Shown here piece by piece: positions 25,717 through 37,185 of a DNA stretch of 64,000 nucleotides. Location of the stretch: assembly GCA_032718475.1 (NCBI GenBank), contig JAUCBJ010006747.1, positions 1,663 through 65,662 on the forward strand, in the 5' to 3' direction. How positions within the stretch are numbered: the first letter of the stretch is position 1; every line of letters begins with the position of its first letter. The notes beneath the pieces are model-generated. The model saw nothing but the letters and a program-made list of their open reading frames with translations. It did not search any database and was not told the origin of the DNA. The translations under genes were made by a program, and so were the position numbers. The DNA is from Nemertoderma westbladi (taxonomy: Eukaryota > Animalia > Xenacoelomorpha).

Positions 25717-26283
25717 ATGGATTCCGATTTATTTCAAAGATACAGTAAACCTCAATATGGTGGTGCAGACTCTAATCTTGCTGTTGTTAAAGGTGGTAGA
25801 AGTACAAGAGGCTCGACGCAAGTTCCTGTTTTTCGAGGTGGTTCATATATTGACCCTTACGGACAACAAATTGGTGCATTTGGTCCAAACTTAAAACAAC
25901 GTCGTTTTCAACGTTATCGTAGAGGTATGTTGCGAACAAATCAACACGGGGAAGGTATATTTACAGACGCTTTATCTACATTGAAAAAATTTGGTAAGCC
26001 ATTAGCAAAAAAAGTGTTACAGAAAGCTTTACCATTTACCACAAAATTTATGAGACAACACGTAATACCAAAAGGTAAGCGGGTCTTACATCAGCAGGCT
26101 AATACGGTTATTAATAAAGCATTAAATAAAATGAAACCATCCACAAGATCGGTTGTAGAAAAAGTTTATAGAGACTTAAAGCGACGTACTAGACCAATGT
26201 CTATGAACATACATCATCGACGTAGTAAAAAGAGAAAAATAAAAGGCAAACTGAAACACTGCGAAAAAAAGTATTTTTTAATA
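25717..26283 (+). pseudogene. Maverick basic core protein, currently read in frame into the major capsid
   Basis: Arg/Lys-rich, with QYGG, VPVFRGG and QHGEGIF motifs. An alternative frame ends AKKSIF-stop-stop immediately before the capsid ATG. Confidence 0.7.
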
Positions 26284-27544
26284 ATGTCAATTATTAAGGA
26301 ATTAGATTTATTTTCTACACAGCCAATACAGACTGAATTTAAAGCAAAGCATTATGAAACAATTTACCCGGTATCCAATCTCAGAAGTGAGTCTAGGGAA
26401 GTCACGTTCCTTGTACCAAGATCCAATGAATTCTATACGAAACTGCAAGATGCGTTATTAATTACAAAATGTACTGTACGGTGGGATAGACGACTTGAAA
26501 ACTCCCATATTTATATGTTGAATTACCCCGCTGGAACTATGTGGAGTGATATTAAAATAGACCTTAATGAGAAGCAGGTTGAAAATGGCAATAACCATTA
26601 TTTCTACAAGTCGTACTTATCCAATTTACTATTTACAACATACGAATCTAAAAATGGGCTACTGGGGGCGGGTGGATTTCATCAGCCTTTATCCGAACAC
26701 GGAAATGAAATTGATCCTGGTGCGCATCCTATTGGCGATGCCTTTAGTAAACAAATGCAATTTGTAAGTGGATTGACAATTGATTTTGATACTGAAACTA
26801 AAATAATACAACCCGGGTATGATTTAAGAATGCATTTTAGAAAAGTATCAAATTTGTTTATTTTTAAAATCACTCCAAACACAAACGCTGTGACAAATCT
26901 TCGGTTAGAATTAGATGAAGTAAAGATCCTAATCTCTAGAATGGAGGTTAATCCCGTAATAGAAAGCAGTCACCTAAAAGGTTTAGAGAGTTACGATATT
27001 GAATATCAATTCCAAAAAAAGGAGGTTACAACATTTACTATTCCCGCACAAACCACAAATTACACCCAAACAAACATATTTGATGGTAAAAAACCCAAAT
27101 TAGTTATTATCGGTTTTATAACAAATAATGCATTATTCGGGAGAATTAATTAGTAACCCCTTGAAATTTGAACATTTTAACCTTAGACGCGCGGAACTGA
27201 TTGTAGACGGTCTTCCAGTAGGTGGTGTAATATACGAGCCTAATTTTACAGATGGAACATACATTTTTGAGTATACTCAATTAATGAAAAACATTAATAC
27301 ATATATTAACGGTTATGGAGGTAATAATATAGACCATGAAACCTACTTAGGTAATTGCCCACTCATATCCTGGGACCTAACCGCCGACGGCTATGTTAGA
27401 GATCCGTAACCATCGATATTTACTAACGGCCAATTAAAATTAAGATTTGCCGAACCGTTGGTTGAGACCATAAATGTAATCGTTTTTATTATTTATGATC
27501 AATCATTAAGTTTAAATAGCAGGAAAGAAATACATATTGATTAA
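26284..27544 (+). pseudogene. Maverick double jelly-roll major capsid protein (frameshift near 27140, stop at 27409)
   Basis: KELDLFSTQPIQT...YETIYPVS, NNHYFYKSYLSNLL, KPKLVIIGF, NPLKFEHFNL, WDLTADG, LKLRFAEPLVETINVIV. Confidence 0.9.
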
Positions 27545-27546
27545 GT

Positions 27547-27999
27547 ATGTTATCTACAGAGGACCTTGATATGTTTCCAGTGGGTGGTCACTATTTGGGA
27601 GCGTTTCCATCTAACAAATTACCTAAATTAGATAATAATAAGCGGAGAGATTATGGGTTAATAGTAAACACCGATAAACAGCATCTACCCGGGGTTCATT
27701 GGATAGCTATATATATACGAGATAATGAGGCTGAATTATTTAATTCGTTCGGACCAAAATATCCAAACAGATGTATTGAAAAATGGCTTGAGAAAAATTC
27801 AGCAAGATGGCGTACTACCCAGAAACAATTTCAAGACCCCAGGAGGACCACATGTGGATTATACTGTCTTTATTACTTGGTAAATCGAATTCACACAAAC
27901 TATCCAATGAGAGCGTTTACAAATAATGTCGAAATAAATGAAATAATATTATATAAATGGCTTGTTAATTATTATAAAATAAACCAACAAGCGTTGTAA
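27547..27999 (+). CDS. Adenain-like cysteine (maturation) protease
   Basis: IVNTD...PGVHWIAIY...FNSFG...FQDPRRTTCGLYCLYY. His and Cys retained; the usual FDS motif reads FNS. Confidence 0.9.
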   Translation: MLSTEDLDMFPVGGHYLGAFPSNKLPKLDNNKRRDYGLIVNTDKQHLPGVHWIAIYIRDNEAELFNSFGPKYPNRCIEKWLEKNSARWRTTQKQFQDPRRTTCGLYCLYYLVNRIHTNYPMRAFTNNVEINEIILYKWLVNYYKINQQAL

Positions 28000-28030
28000 T
28001 TAATCATTTAACTTTTGTTTATCAGATAAA

Positions 28031-28636
28031 ATGGATAATATTATTTTTGTTGATTTTCAATATTACAAGATAGACAATAAGGAATATCCAGTAGTATTTA
28101 AAGAATTTGCTATATTCGATTCTAATTACACCAAAACTAATGTAAAGACGTTTTTAATTAAAGGTCCACCTAATATTAAGTTATCAGCATTAGATAAAGC
28201 TCATGTAAACAATTTACGAGACATGACTTCGCATTTACCTTGGGATTACTGTGACATTTCGCAAGATGACTTTAAAAAGTACATGAAGAGACATTTAAAA
28301 TATAAAAGAAATATACATGTATTTGGGTTGATGAAGCGGGCAATATTAGTTTCCCAACTTGATGTTCTCGCACCAAATTCGATGGAGAAATTGTGGATAT
28401 ATCAATATCAGCAATATTACAATTATTTAACCCCCTGTCGCTTCCACGATCAATTTATTACACTAGAAAATAAATGTGCTTTCCACTTAAACACAAGGGA
28501 TAACTGTCTGCGGTACTGCTCTGCAAAACGTGTTGGCGGGTTTGAATTGAAACGATTTTTCGTGAGAAAGCGTTTAACTGACACTGATGATAAACAGAAA
28601 GAAATAACTGCGGTGGAAGATGTACTCGTACATTAG
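28031..28636 (+). CDS. DEDD-like nuclease-fold protein with Cys/His tail
   Basis: IIFVDFQYY...VFKEFAIF, HLPWDY, IHVFGLMK, CAFH...CSAKRV. Confidence 0.6.
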   Translation: MDNIIFVDFQYYKIDNKEYPVVFKEFAIFDSNYTKTNVKTFLIKGPPNIKLSALDKAHVNNLRDMTSHLPWDYCDISQDDFKKYMKRHLKYKRNIHVFGLMKRAILVSQLDVLAPNSMEKLWIYQYQQYYNYLTPCRFHDQFITLENKCAFHLNTRDNCLRYCSAKRVGGFELKRFFVRKRLTDTDDKQKEITAVEDVLVH

Positions 28637-29124
28637 GTTTACTCTAAGCATGTAATGTGATGGGATAATATAATTGTTTTAATGTCAATAAAAATAATAA
28701 AAACATTAAAATCTATTTTTTTATATCTCAGTTTGACTGAAGGTGTAGGGCTTAAGTTTACACTCACAAACACACCGTACCTACCGGTAGCCGGCTGTTG
28801 TATCAGAGTTTAACTACCAGTAGCTGACTTTACACACATACAGACATATAACAACAACGCTAAACTGTAGAACGGCAGAATGGGCAGAATGGCACCCCCA
28901 GCGCTTTAGCGTTACTTACTAAATAATAAAATTAAATTAACTCTGACATGGGGGTTCGTGAATGCAGCATTAGTGGGGCCCACCTAACAATAGGCCTACT
29001 GGTACCGGCGCTGTAGCACTCTTGTAACTGTATACTTGGATAGAGCAAGGGCATGCAGGTTTCTTTGATTTAAGGATTAGGCTATTACACTTGAATGCTT
29101 CCAATTTTCTGTTTACAACTTTAA

Positions 29125-29337
29125 TTGGTCTAATCTATATTACTGCGGGCTACTACTGTTGCATAGGCAAGCCTATACAGCTATAGTTAACTTTATGCGG
29201 CCCCCTTTTTCGAATGTTGACCCAATATGGTTGGTCTAATCTACATTACTGTGGGCTACTACTGTTGCATAGGCAAGCCTATACAGCTATAGTTAACTTT
29301 ATGTGGCCCCCTTTTTCGAATGTTGACCCAATATGGT
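29125..29337. repeat. ~106-bp tandem duplication in the Maverick central spacer
   Basis: TTGGTCTAATCTA...CGAATGTTGACCCAATATGG present twice. Confidence 0.9.
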
Positions 29338-29666
29338 TTACGGTTAACCTTTAGAACTCACACTAGGCGCACCTTCATTCGGTTAGGCATATAGGCCTAA
29401 TCACTACTCCTCGACTGAAAGCCTCCTAGCACATTGATACAATAGGTGTGGCTAGCAATATATAAAATTCACCGCGCCCAAGTTCATTCATTCACTTCAT
29501 GTTGTAGGCCTATAGGCCTATAAAACATAATTAGTTTATTTATGTATTCGCTTTTTTTTTAATTAGATATAAAATATAAAATACACAATACAATACAAAA
29601 ACCTACTGATACCGGTAACACACGTGACTAATTATATAGGCCTATGAGTCTACTTGCTGTACGAGT

Positions 29667-30020
29667 CTACTGATGTATTCTCGGATCAGATGGAAGTAGT
29701 AGAGTTGGTGTTGGAACTGGAGCTGCTGCTATATCTTCATGTTCATCCCAGTTCTCTCCCCTACTATAATTGTCTAGACTTATCTGATGCGCCGCTCCAG
29801 GTTGTACTCTAACGTTTAAATTGAAGTTTTTATTGGTCGTCAATGTGGTTTGGTGACCTTGGCTGCCGCTGGTTTTATTTTTAATCATTATTGTTATTTC
29901 ACCGTTGTTGTTTTTTAAATGTAATTCAGTTACATTTAATGATGTGAAATAAAGGTCGTCTCCATCAACATCAAATTTTAATAAACAGTCGTCGCTATTT
30001 TCAATGAAAGAAAATGCCAT
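29667..30020 (-). CDS. Maverick hypothetical protein (117 aa)
   Basis: Intact ATG-initiated ORF on the replication-module strand. No recognised motif. Confidence 0.45.
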   Translation of the reverse strand: MAFSFIENSDDCLLKFDVDGDDLYFTSLNVTELHLKNNNGEITIMIKNKTSGSQGHQTTLTTNKNFNLNVRVQPGAAHQISLDNYSRGENWDEHEDIAAAPVPTPTLLLPSDPRIHQ

Positions 30021-30760
30021 CTTGGATGTCGGTGTTGGATGTTGGATGTCGGAACGGATGTTGGTTGATTGATAGAGAAGGATTGTCGGAACTGAAGTTT
30101 GTTGAGGTTAGTTTTTTTTTTTTTTTCAAATATGAAGATAAGTTAGGCCTAGTCTATACCGGTATTTATTTTTTTATTTTACGGTAGGGAAACAAAATTA
30201 TAGTTCACTGTTAGAAAAATTGAGTTTATATATATTTTTGTATAGGGTCGCAGATGTTTAGATTACAAAATTCTCATAGTTAACAAAATGCACAACATAA
30301 ACCTTTCCCATGCGGATTAGTTAGCGATATATGCTCTGTTCGTTGTTCTATTCTGAATGTAGGGAGATGCATAGCTGATGTTTTAATAATATGTACCGGT
30401 ATACAGACTAGTAACAGATAGGAGGGCATCGTCTTTGACTATGAATACCAGCGCATAGCCCTAATCTTTTCTCAACGAGCTTAGCGTTGCCTGCCGCACA
30501 CATACACACTCATAAGTAACAGATGCGCTATTGTAGCTCACTCGTGAGCAGCGATGCTTAGTTAGCTAGCTAGCTAGCTACGGCCGCTGAGTAAACTATG
30601 CCTACTCGAGTGTTACAAGCAATCGCTCTACTGAAGTTAGTTAGTTAGTTGTTGATTTTAAAAAAATATTCATAAATTTTTTCCAACCAAATTTAATATA
30701 TACTTTACAGTAAAAATCTCCACCACCAAACAGCAACAACAACAACAACAACAATAAATT

Positions 30761-31320
30761 TCACTCGCACGAATTATATTTTACATCAAAAACCCTCGCA
30801 CCAAACAATAATAAATTATTAACCAGTTTGTTGAATATAGGATAATATATATGAAATTTAAACGGGGAACACATTAATGTACATTTACCAGTGTAGAAGC
30901 AGCAAACAACAACAATATTATTTATTCTGACTTTACAGTTATTGAATATTTCGGGCTCGTATTAAATTTCTAGTTTAACATTATCAAATATAACATAAAA
31001 CCCGATATTGTTTATAAGTAACCTATAAATTACGGTATCGATACTAAAAATATAAGTACACAAATTGATTGATTTAAAAATCAAATTAATGTTTGTTTTT
31101 TCGAATATATGCTTTTTCACTTTATTAAAATTATATTTTCTACCGAGAATTGTTATTCGTCCATTTGTAAACATTAATATGGTTGCACCAAATACCTTAT
31201 ATATAAACTGATTAGGTTTGAGTACAATTTTACCATTCAATTGATTTTTAATTCTTTTAAATTAAGTCCATAAATGATCTGCTTACAACTTATATTTTTA
31301 TTTACTATTTGATAATTCAT
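30761..31320 (-). pseudogene. TATA-binding protein (TBP)-like gene, one frameshift and one stop
   Basis: Manual reconstruction: MNYQIVNKNISC..LNLKEL/..KPNQFIYKVFGATILMFTNGRITILG...INLCTYIF...LEI*YEPEIFNNCKVRINNIVVVCCFYTGKCTLMC. Both TBP half-repeat signatures are present. Confidence 0.7.
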
Positions 31321-34300
31321 CATCAACACCATCGTCTTTTGGTTCTTCATAAATTGGTATATTTGATATTTTTATAGGTTTTTTGAGGTTTGTTTTATAG
31401 TGCCCCCAAGGAAGTGATTGATTTTTATTAACCCAATAAAGTTTATCATCAAAGCTACTGAGTGCAAATTTATTTTGCTTTAAGGTATAAATACGATGTA
31501 ATTTAGATTGAAATCTGTGTATGTTTTTTTTTATTTCTTCATTTGAGTTATATGCTTTTAAATATTCTTCATGTTCGATTCTTCATGTGTAATATTCGTT
31601 TCCACAATAGCTCTTGTAATACCTTTTGCTCTACGAATATTTTTGTTATTCCATTCCAAAATTGAATATAATTTTGGTCTTAAAAATACTGCTTGTTTAA
31701 TTTCAAGTGAAGCTAGTTCATCTTTACAGTAATAAAGTCTCGATTTATTTTTATCGCTGTAGAGAGGGTGATCCTTAGGGTAATTGGATGTATCTAAAAT
31801 ATTATTTTTAATTAATGCTTTTAAAAAATTATTCTGCGATGTATTATAGTAACATCCTATTAAAGAGTCTGTATCTGATGCAGCAATTTCAATACGGCAG
31901 TTTAATTCTTTCTCAATAGGTAGCAATTTATTATAAAACAGCTCATACATATCCAATTTAGCCAAGTCCAACACAGTGCTACCAATAAATATAGGCTTAT
32001 CGAGAGTTACAGAGTCTTTCACTAATAAATGTCCCGATAATGTATTATTGTATATTATAAATTGTTCATGATTAATACGATTTACCAATTGGTCGCATTT
32101 ATCATTGCTATTTGCAATACGAAAGTTACATCGATCTCTTATCTTTTCTATTGATTTGCCAAATAACGAATTATTAAGCAATTTCGCGACAGCTGTTTCA
32201 ATGTAACTTTTTGCTAGTCGCCTTTGATTAATATTAAAATCGATGTAATTTTTAAATACAAATTCTTGTTGAAAAGAATATAATTTATGTAGTTTAGTAA
32301 CAATTAATCCATGTTTTATATAAAATTTTAACAGTTTCAAATGTAAATGATAAAACTCTTTATCAAATTGCGTCAGCAAGAGTTTTGGTATAGGCATCCT
32401 ATATTTACGGGAGGTACCTCTTTGTATCGATAAGTTATTAAATTGTTCCCTCATATAAGGCGAAAGCATTGATTCATTTATACTTAAATGCTCTGGAGCT
32501 AACGGTAATTGTAATGTTTGATCGTGAATAGCTTTGGGATAATTTAAATCACATATTAAAAAATATCCAGTAGATCCATCAATTTCTAAATCTACCAAGT
32601 ACTCGATTAGTTTTTCTGGAATTGCATTCTCTAAGTGTTTAATACTTACTTCTTTGAATTGTGAGGTGGGTAGTTTTTTACTTAAATTCCCAGAATATAA
32701 AGAGTTGAAATCAATATTAAAAATATGGCATTCTTCCTTAGTAGAATCATATGTACTTGTTCCTGGTATATTTGATTCTATATAATGCTTTCGACAAAAT
32801 GAAACACCACCCCTAATTGATTTTTCAAAATCTCTATATGTCTGATAATCCTTTATTAATTCTATTTTACATTTATTATATTTTAGTGCGCAATCATAGG
32901 TAAATGACGCGATACTACAGTAAAAAACCGCTTCTAAATCGTAATTTTGTTTACAAACCTTCCTAAAATTCTCAAATATATCAGCAAGCAAACAAACATT
33001 GAGTTTTAAATAGGCTAAAAGATAATCTTTGAGATTCACACAGTCGAATTGTACCCATGATAATTCCGCAAACCTATAATCTTCAATTGTGCATGTTTTT
33101 TGACTTAAGTTACTAAAAAAATTATTTATAGACGGCAAACCAGTATCATTAAATTTATTTATATCTGTCAAGTACTCGTATGGAAATACTCCTTTCCGTT
33201 TAATTGTTGAGTTATTCAAGTTTGGATAAAAATATTTCATTTCTTGTAGAGTAATAGGTAAAATTGAGCTTATATCATGACTCGCCACATCCTTTGTTGA
33301 ACACTCAACTAAATTACTTAAAGAAAAGCTTAAAAATTGATATGTGTCTAAGAAACGTAACTCAATTTTCTTAGAAGTGTTTTTAATTGGGATAAATGTA
33401 CTCAGTGAAATATATCGTTCTGTATTTCTCGGTATAACCTTTATATCCCAATCTGTGTATTTCTTATCTCTAAATCCGGTTTGTAATATACAATGTATAT
33501 CATAATTACTGGAATTATGCCCGCAAAGTACATACAGGTATCGTTTCAATGATAAACTTTGGTCACAACTATTACAGGCTGCCGCAATATATTTACCTGT
33601 AATATGTGAATGATGTCTGTTTTTCCCTACATTATTATTTAAAGTAACATTACAATAGAAACAAAATTTTGCTTGTTCAAAATTTACAAAATCAATATTA
33701 GTAAATGACATAGTTTTATGAGTGTATATTTCTGACCAACAACATAATTCAGTTAAATCAGTATATAATGAATCTAAGAAATCTTGAATACAATTATTAT
33801 TATTTGACTTTACGAATGTTTTCAAATGACATTTTGGAGCATCAATTAATTCAGTATTAGGAACAATTAAATAACTCACAGCACACGGTATATGCTCCTG
33901 TATAATTTGATTATTAACTGAAGGTTGTAAGATACATTCTATATCAAAGTAGGTGACAAACAATGGGGTTAAGGTTCTATCTAAATTTGTAAAACTAATG
34001 TGTGTTCTTTTTTTATTAGGTAGTTTCTCTCGTTGACTTCTTCCTTGGTAGCATGCGAGACGGTGTCGATGAAGAACTTCCGCTCGAAAAAAGTGAGCCA
34101 AACACCTTTCACAATATTTCCTATTCCCGATATGAAGAGCTCTCGTATTCAGCAATCGATTCAAGTTAGTTATGCTAACATAATGATTCAGTTTAGGTAC
34201 ATTGTTATTTTTTACTACAAGTAATATATTTAATAACTGTTTATCAGGTGTAATTTTACTAAACGGAGGTTGTCTTAATATAGATACAGGGGTGCGTTTG

Positions 34301-34450
34301 TTGTCGTTATTCCAACATAGTAAATTAATTATATATTTTGAATTTTGTTTTTCAAAAAGTTTAATCGCTAACTGCCACTCTGTTGGATAATCATTTTTCC
34401 CGTTGTCAAAAATGAAATGACTCATATAATTTTTGTACGACGAAGTAAGC

Positions 34451-36662
34451 TGATAAACAACCGCGACACCTATACTAACAGCAGAACTGTTGAACAGACC
34501 AATACCCGTTAATATCCTTCTGCCAACCTAATAAGTTCTCGTCTAACCAATAAGACACAAAGACTGCTCTACTGTTAAGTAAAGGGGATCAGGAGCGTGC
34601 TATTACTAAATTGTAAGGGTTGCTAAATACAAAACCGCTACTTACCGTTGGATGGCGCTAATCTGCCGTCCGCTAATATATTTTACTAAATTTACACAAC
34701 TCCTGCAAAATCGCTTGTTCCTTTCTCTACCGATCGCTCGATAGAGAGCTAACTGTTCGAATCTATAAGCCACGCGGGAATAACCAAATCAATAAATCCG
34801 AGTCGGCTCCCTAAGCTTACTTAAGACGAGTACGAGGGGCTTTGCACTCAGAGTATATTCTTACGCCTAATTTTACTACTGAAATACGCTAATGCCTACG
34901 TCTTTTCTAATCGCGAATACTGGGGGTTCCCTAACGGAATGTGTGAATGCGAGAATATTTAAATAAATCAAAATTGGTACAGTACAATGTCTTTCGTAGG
35001 TGTTACCGCTCTGGGTCTAAACTTGCCTGCAGCTGGCTTTAGGCCAGCAACTTACTAGTGTCTTGCGTACTAACTATTGCGATCTAGTTTATTGCCCGCT
35101 AATTCAAATAACCGCTCAGCGTGAATAGTTTACGGTACTCTAATTATTACCTTAGCTACTCTCCGCTATGCTGCGTACTAATTCTTAATTTTACTAATTA
35201 ATTACAGTCACAAATATGTAACAGCGCACTAATTACTAAGAGTTCCAGAATGCGTAATTCTAATTTATTACACAACAGGTTTCACTAGTAATAGCCTAAA
35301 ATGCCGTATTACTTTGACCTAATCAGTAATTATTTGTTGTAACTAAGAAATAGAAATCAATCAAAAGGGAAAGGGTGCCTACCTAAGCATTCGTAATCAC
35401 AGGCACACTTCAGTAACACACCAATCAGTGTCAGCAATCACAGATCACAATAGCACGACTTGCAATTATACAATCTGCAATTATATAATTCGCAACTTAC
35501 TTACGTACTTACCCACTTACTTACTGTAAGGTATGCAGGCCCCTCCCGGGTACATCTAGGCTTCCTAACTAACCCAATTCCTGCCCCCTAATACTAAATA
35601 GAGACAAAACCTTGGATCATCAGCCCCCTAATTACTGTACCGGCGAGCGGTCTCCAACCCACAGTCCAAACTGCCCGACCGCAACGTTGACCCCCGCCAG
35701 CGTTGCCCGCTTTTGAATCCTCCGCTCTCCCTTAGTCGCCCAACCCCCCGATGTGCCCACCGCCCACTGGCGCCTTAGCCCTCCATTATGCTAATAGCTA
35801 CCGTAGCGGCGCATGCAAATCACAAAGTCTGACAGTCTCAGAAATCCCTTAGGATTATTGCGCAGAAAGGAATCACGTAGAACCATTAATCAAAAGGTAG
35901 AAATCATAGTTCAGTTGTAATTAGCAGTAATCGACAGGAATTAATTGAGAAACACAAGCAAGAATAATCGCACTCGAATTATTTTAAGAAACTAATCAAA
36001 ATTAGCAAATTGCAGAAAATCAGTCAAAAAATACATAGGGACAGCTCAGCAAGTACAACAGCAATAAGTGGGGTGTCACGTGGGGTTCTACCGGCACGCC
36101 GTCAATTTATAGGTGATCCGAGTGGGATGATGCAATAGGGTGACTCAATCGCTCTCCTATTGGCTCTCCAGTCCGTGCTAGCACTAGACCAACCTGGAAG
36201 CAGCTAGTCCAATAAGGAGGCCGGATTGTAGCCCTATGCCCTCAAATTATTACCATATATGGTAATGGTTCACGTCTCTGGCTGCTGAATGGCCAGGACA
36301 GCGTCCCTATATGCTAGCCCTACTAAAGCTAATATCAGCAAGCACGGAATCCAGGGTCCGAATAAACTTACCCTGGAACTATCTACATATAACCTAATAC
36401 AAAATTACGTAGGTAGGGCTACATACTATACAAAATGAATGGATTCAACTATATGGGTGTTCCGATTTCCCTATCTAAATATCATTGCGTCATTATGCCT
36501 TATCTAAAATATTATGCTGCACAACGGACTAATATTACGTACAGTATAACGGACTAATATTGCATACTGCATAACGGACTAATATTGCATACTGCATAAC
36601 GGACTAATATTGCATACTGCATGATGACTAATAATATGGATACAGCGCCATATACCGTAACA
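34451..36662. mobile_element. 2.2-kb solo-LTR-like insertion in pPolB
   Basis: TG...CA termini with a 5-bp TSD TAAGC (34446-34450 and 36663-36667). Non-coding, with a 25-bp tandem repeat near 36525-36622. Confidence 0.85.
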
Positions 36663-37185
36663 TAAGCTGTTTGTTGTTTTTCACTTTGCTACCAAATTTT
36701 GCGGTTATAATAGCCCATTTGAAACAGTCATTATCAGCCGTTTGTATATTTATTGTACAATTTTTACCTGATAGAACCTTAGGTAATTCCATATATCCAT
36801 GCCCCTTATATAGTAACGACCTACACTTAGATTCAGCTAATTTAATTTCAACCCTTAATAAAGATTTAATACGCCACCCTGAACCACGTGTGTTAAAGAT
36901 GGCTATTTTTTGTAATATATTTTCCACCACATACTCAAACCATGTGTCAAAACTTTGTGATGAATCTACAGTATTAATAGCACCACCGGAAGAATTAAAA
37001 TAAAAAGTTTCCAATTGCTCGCCTTCTGAAAAATGTGATCTGTACATTAATACATTTAGACCTAACCACAGTCTAAGAACATTCATTTCTTTCAATCTAT
37101 CTAATATTAACTGAAGAATATTACCTCGAATTTGCGTTAATGCTGTTTCTACATCGGGATAATCTCTAGAAGTTGGGAGGTCGTG

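Noticed and set aside
25717-27153. 478-aa core protein-major capsid fusion as a novel gene
   Set aside because: An alternative frame ends AKKSIF followed by two stops right at the capsid ATG (26284). A single-base indel in a decaying element explains the fusion better.
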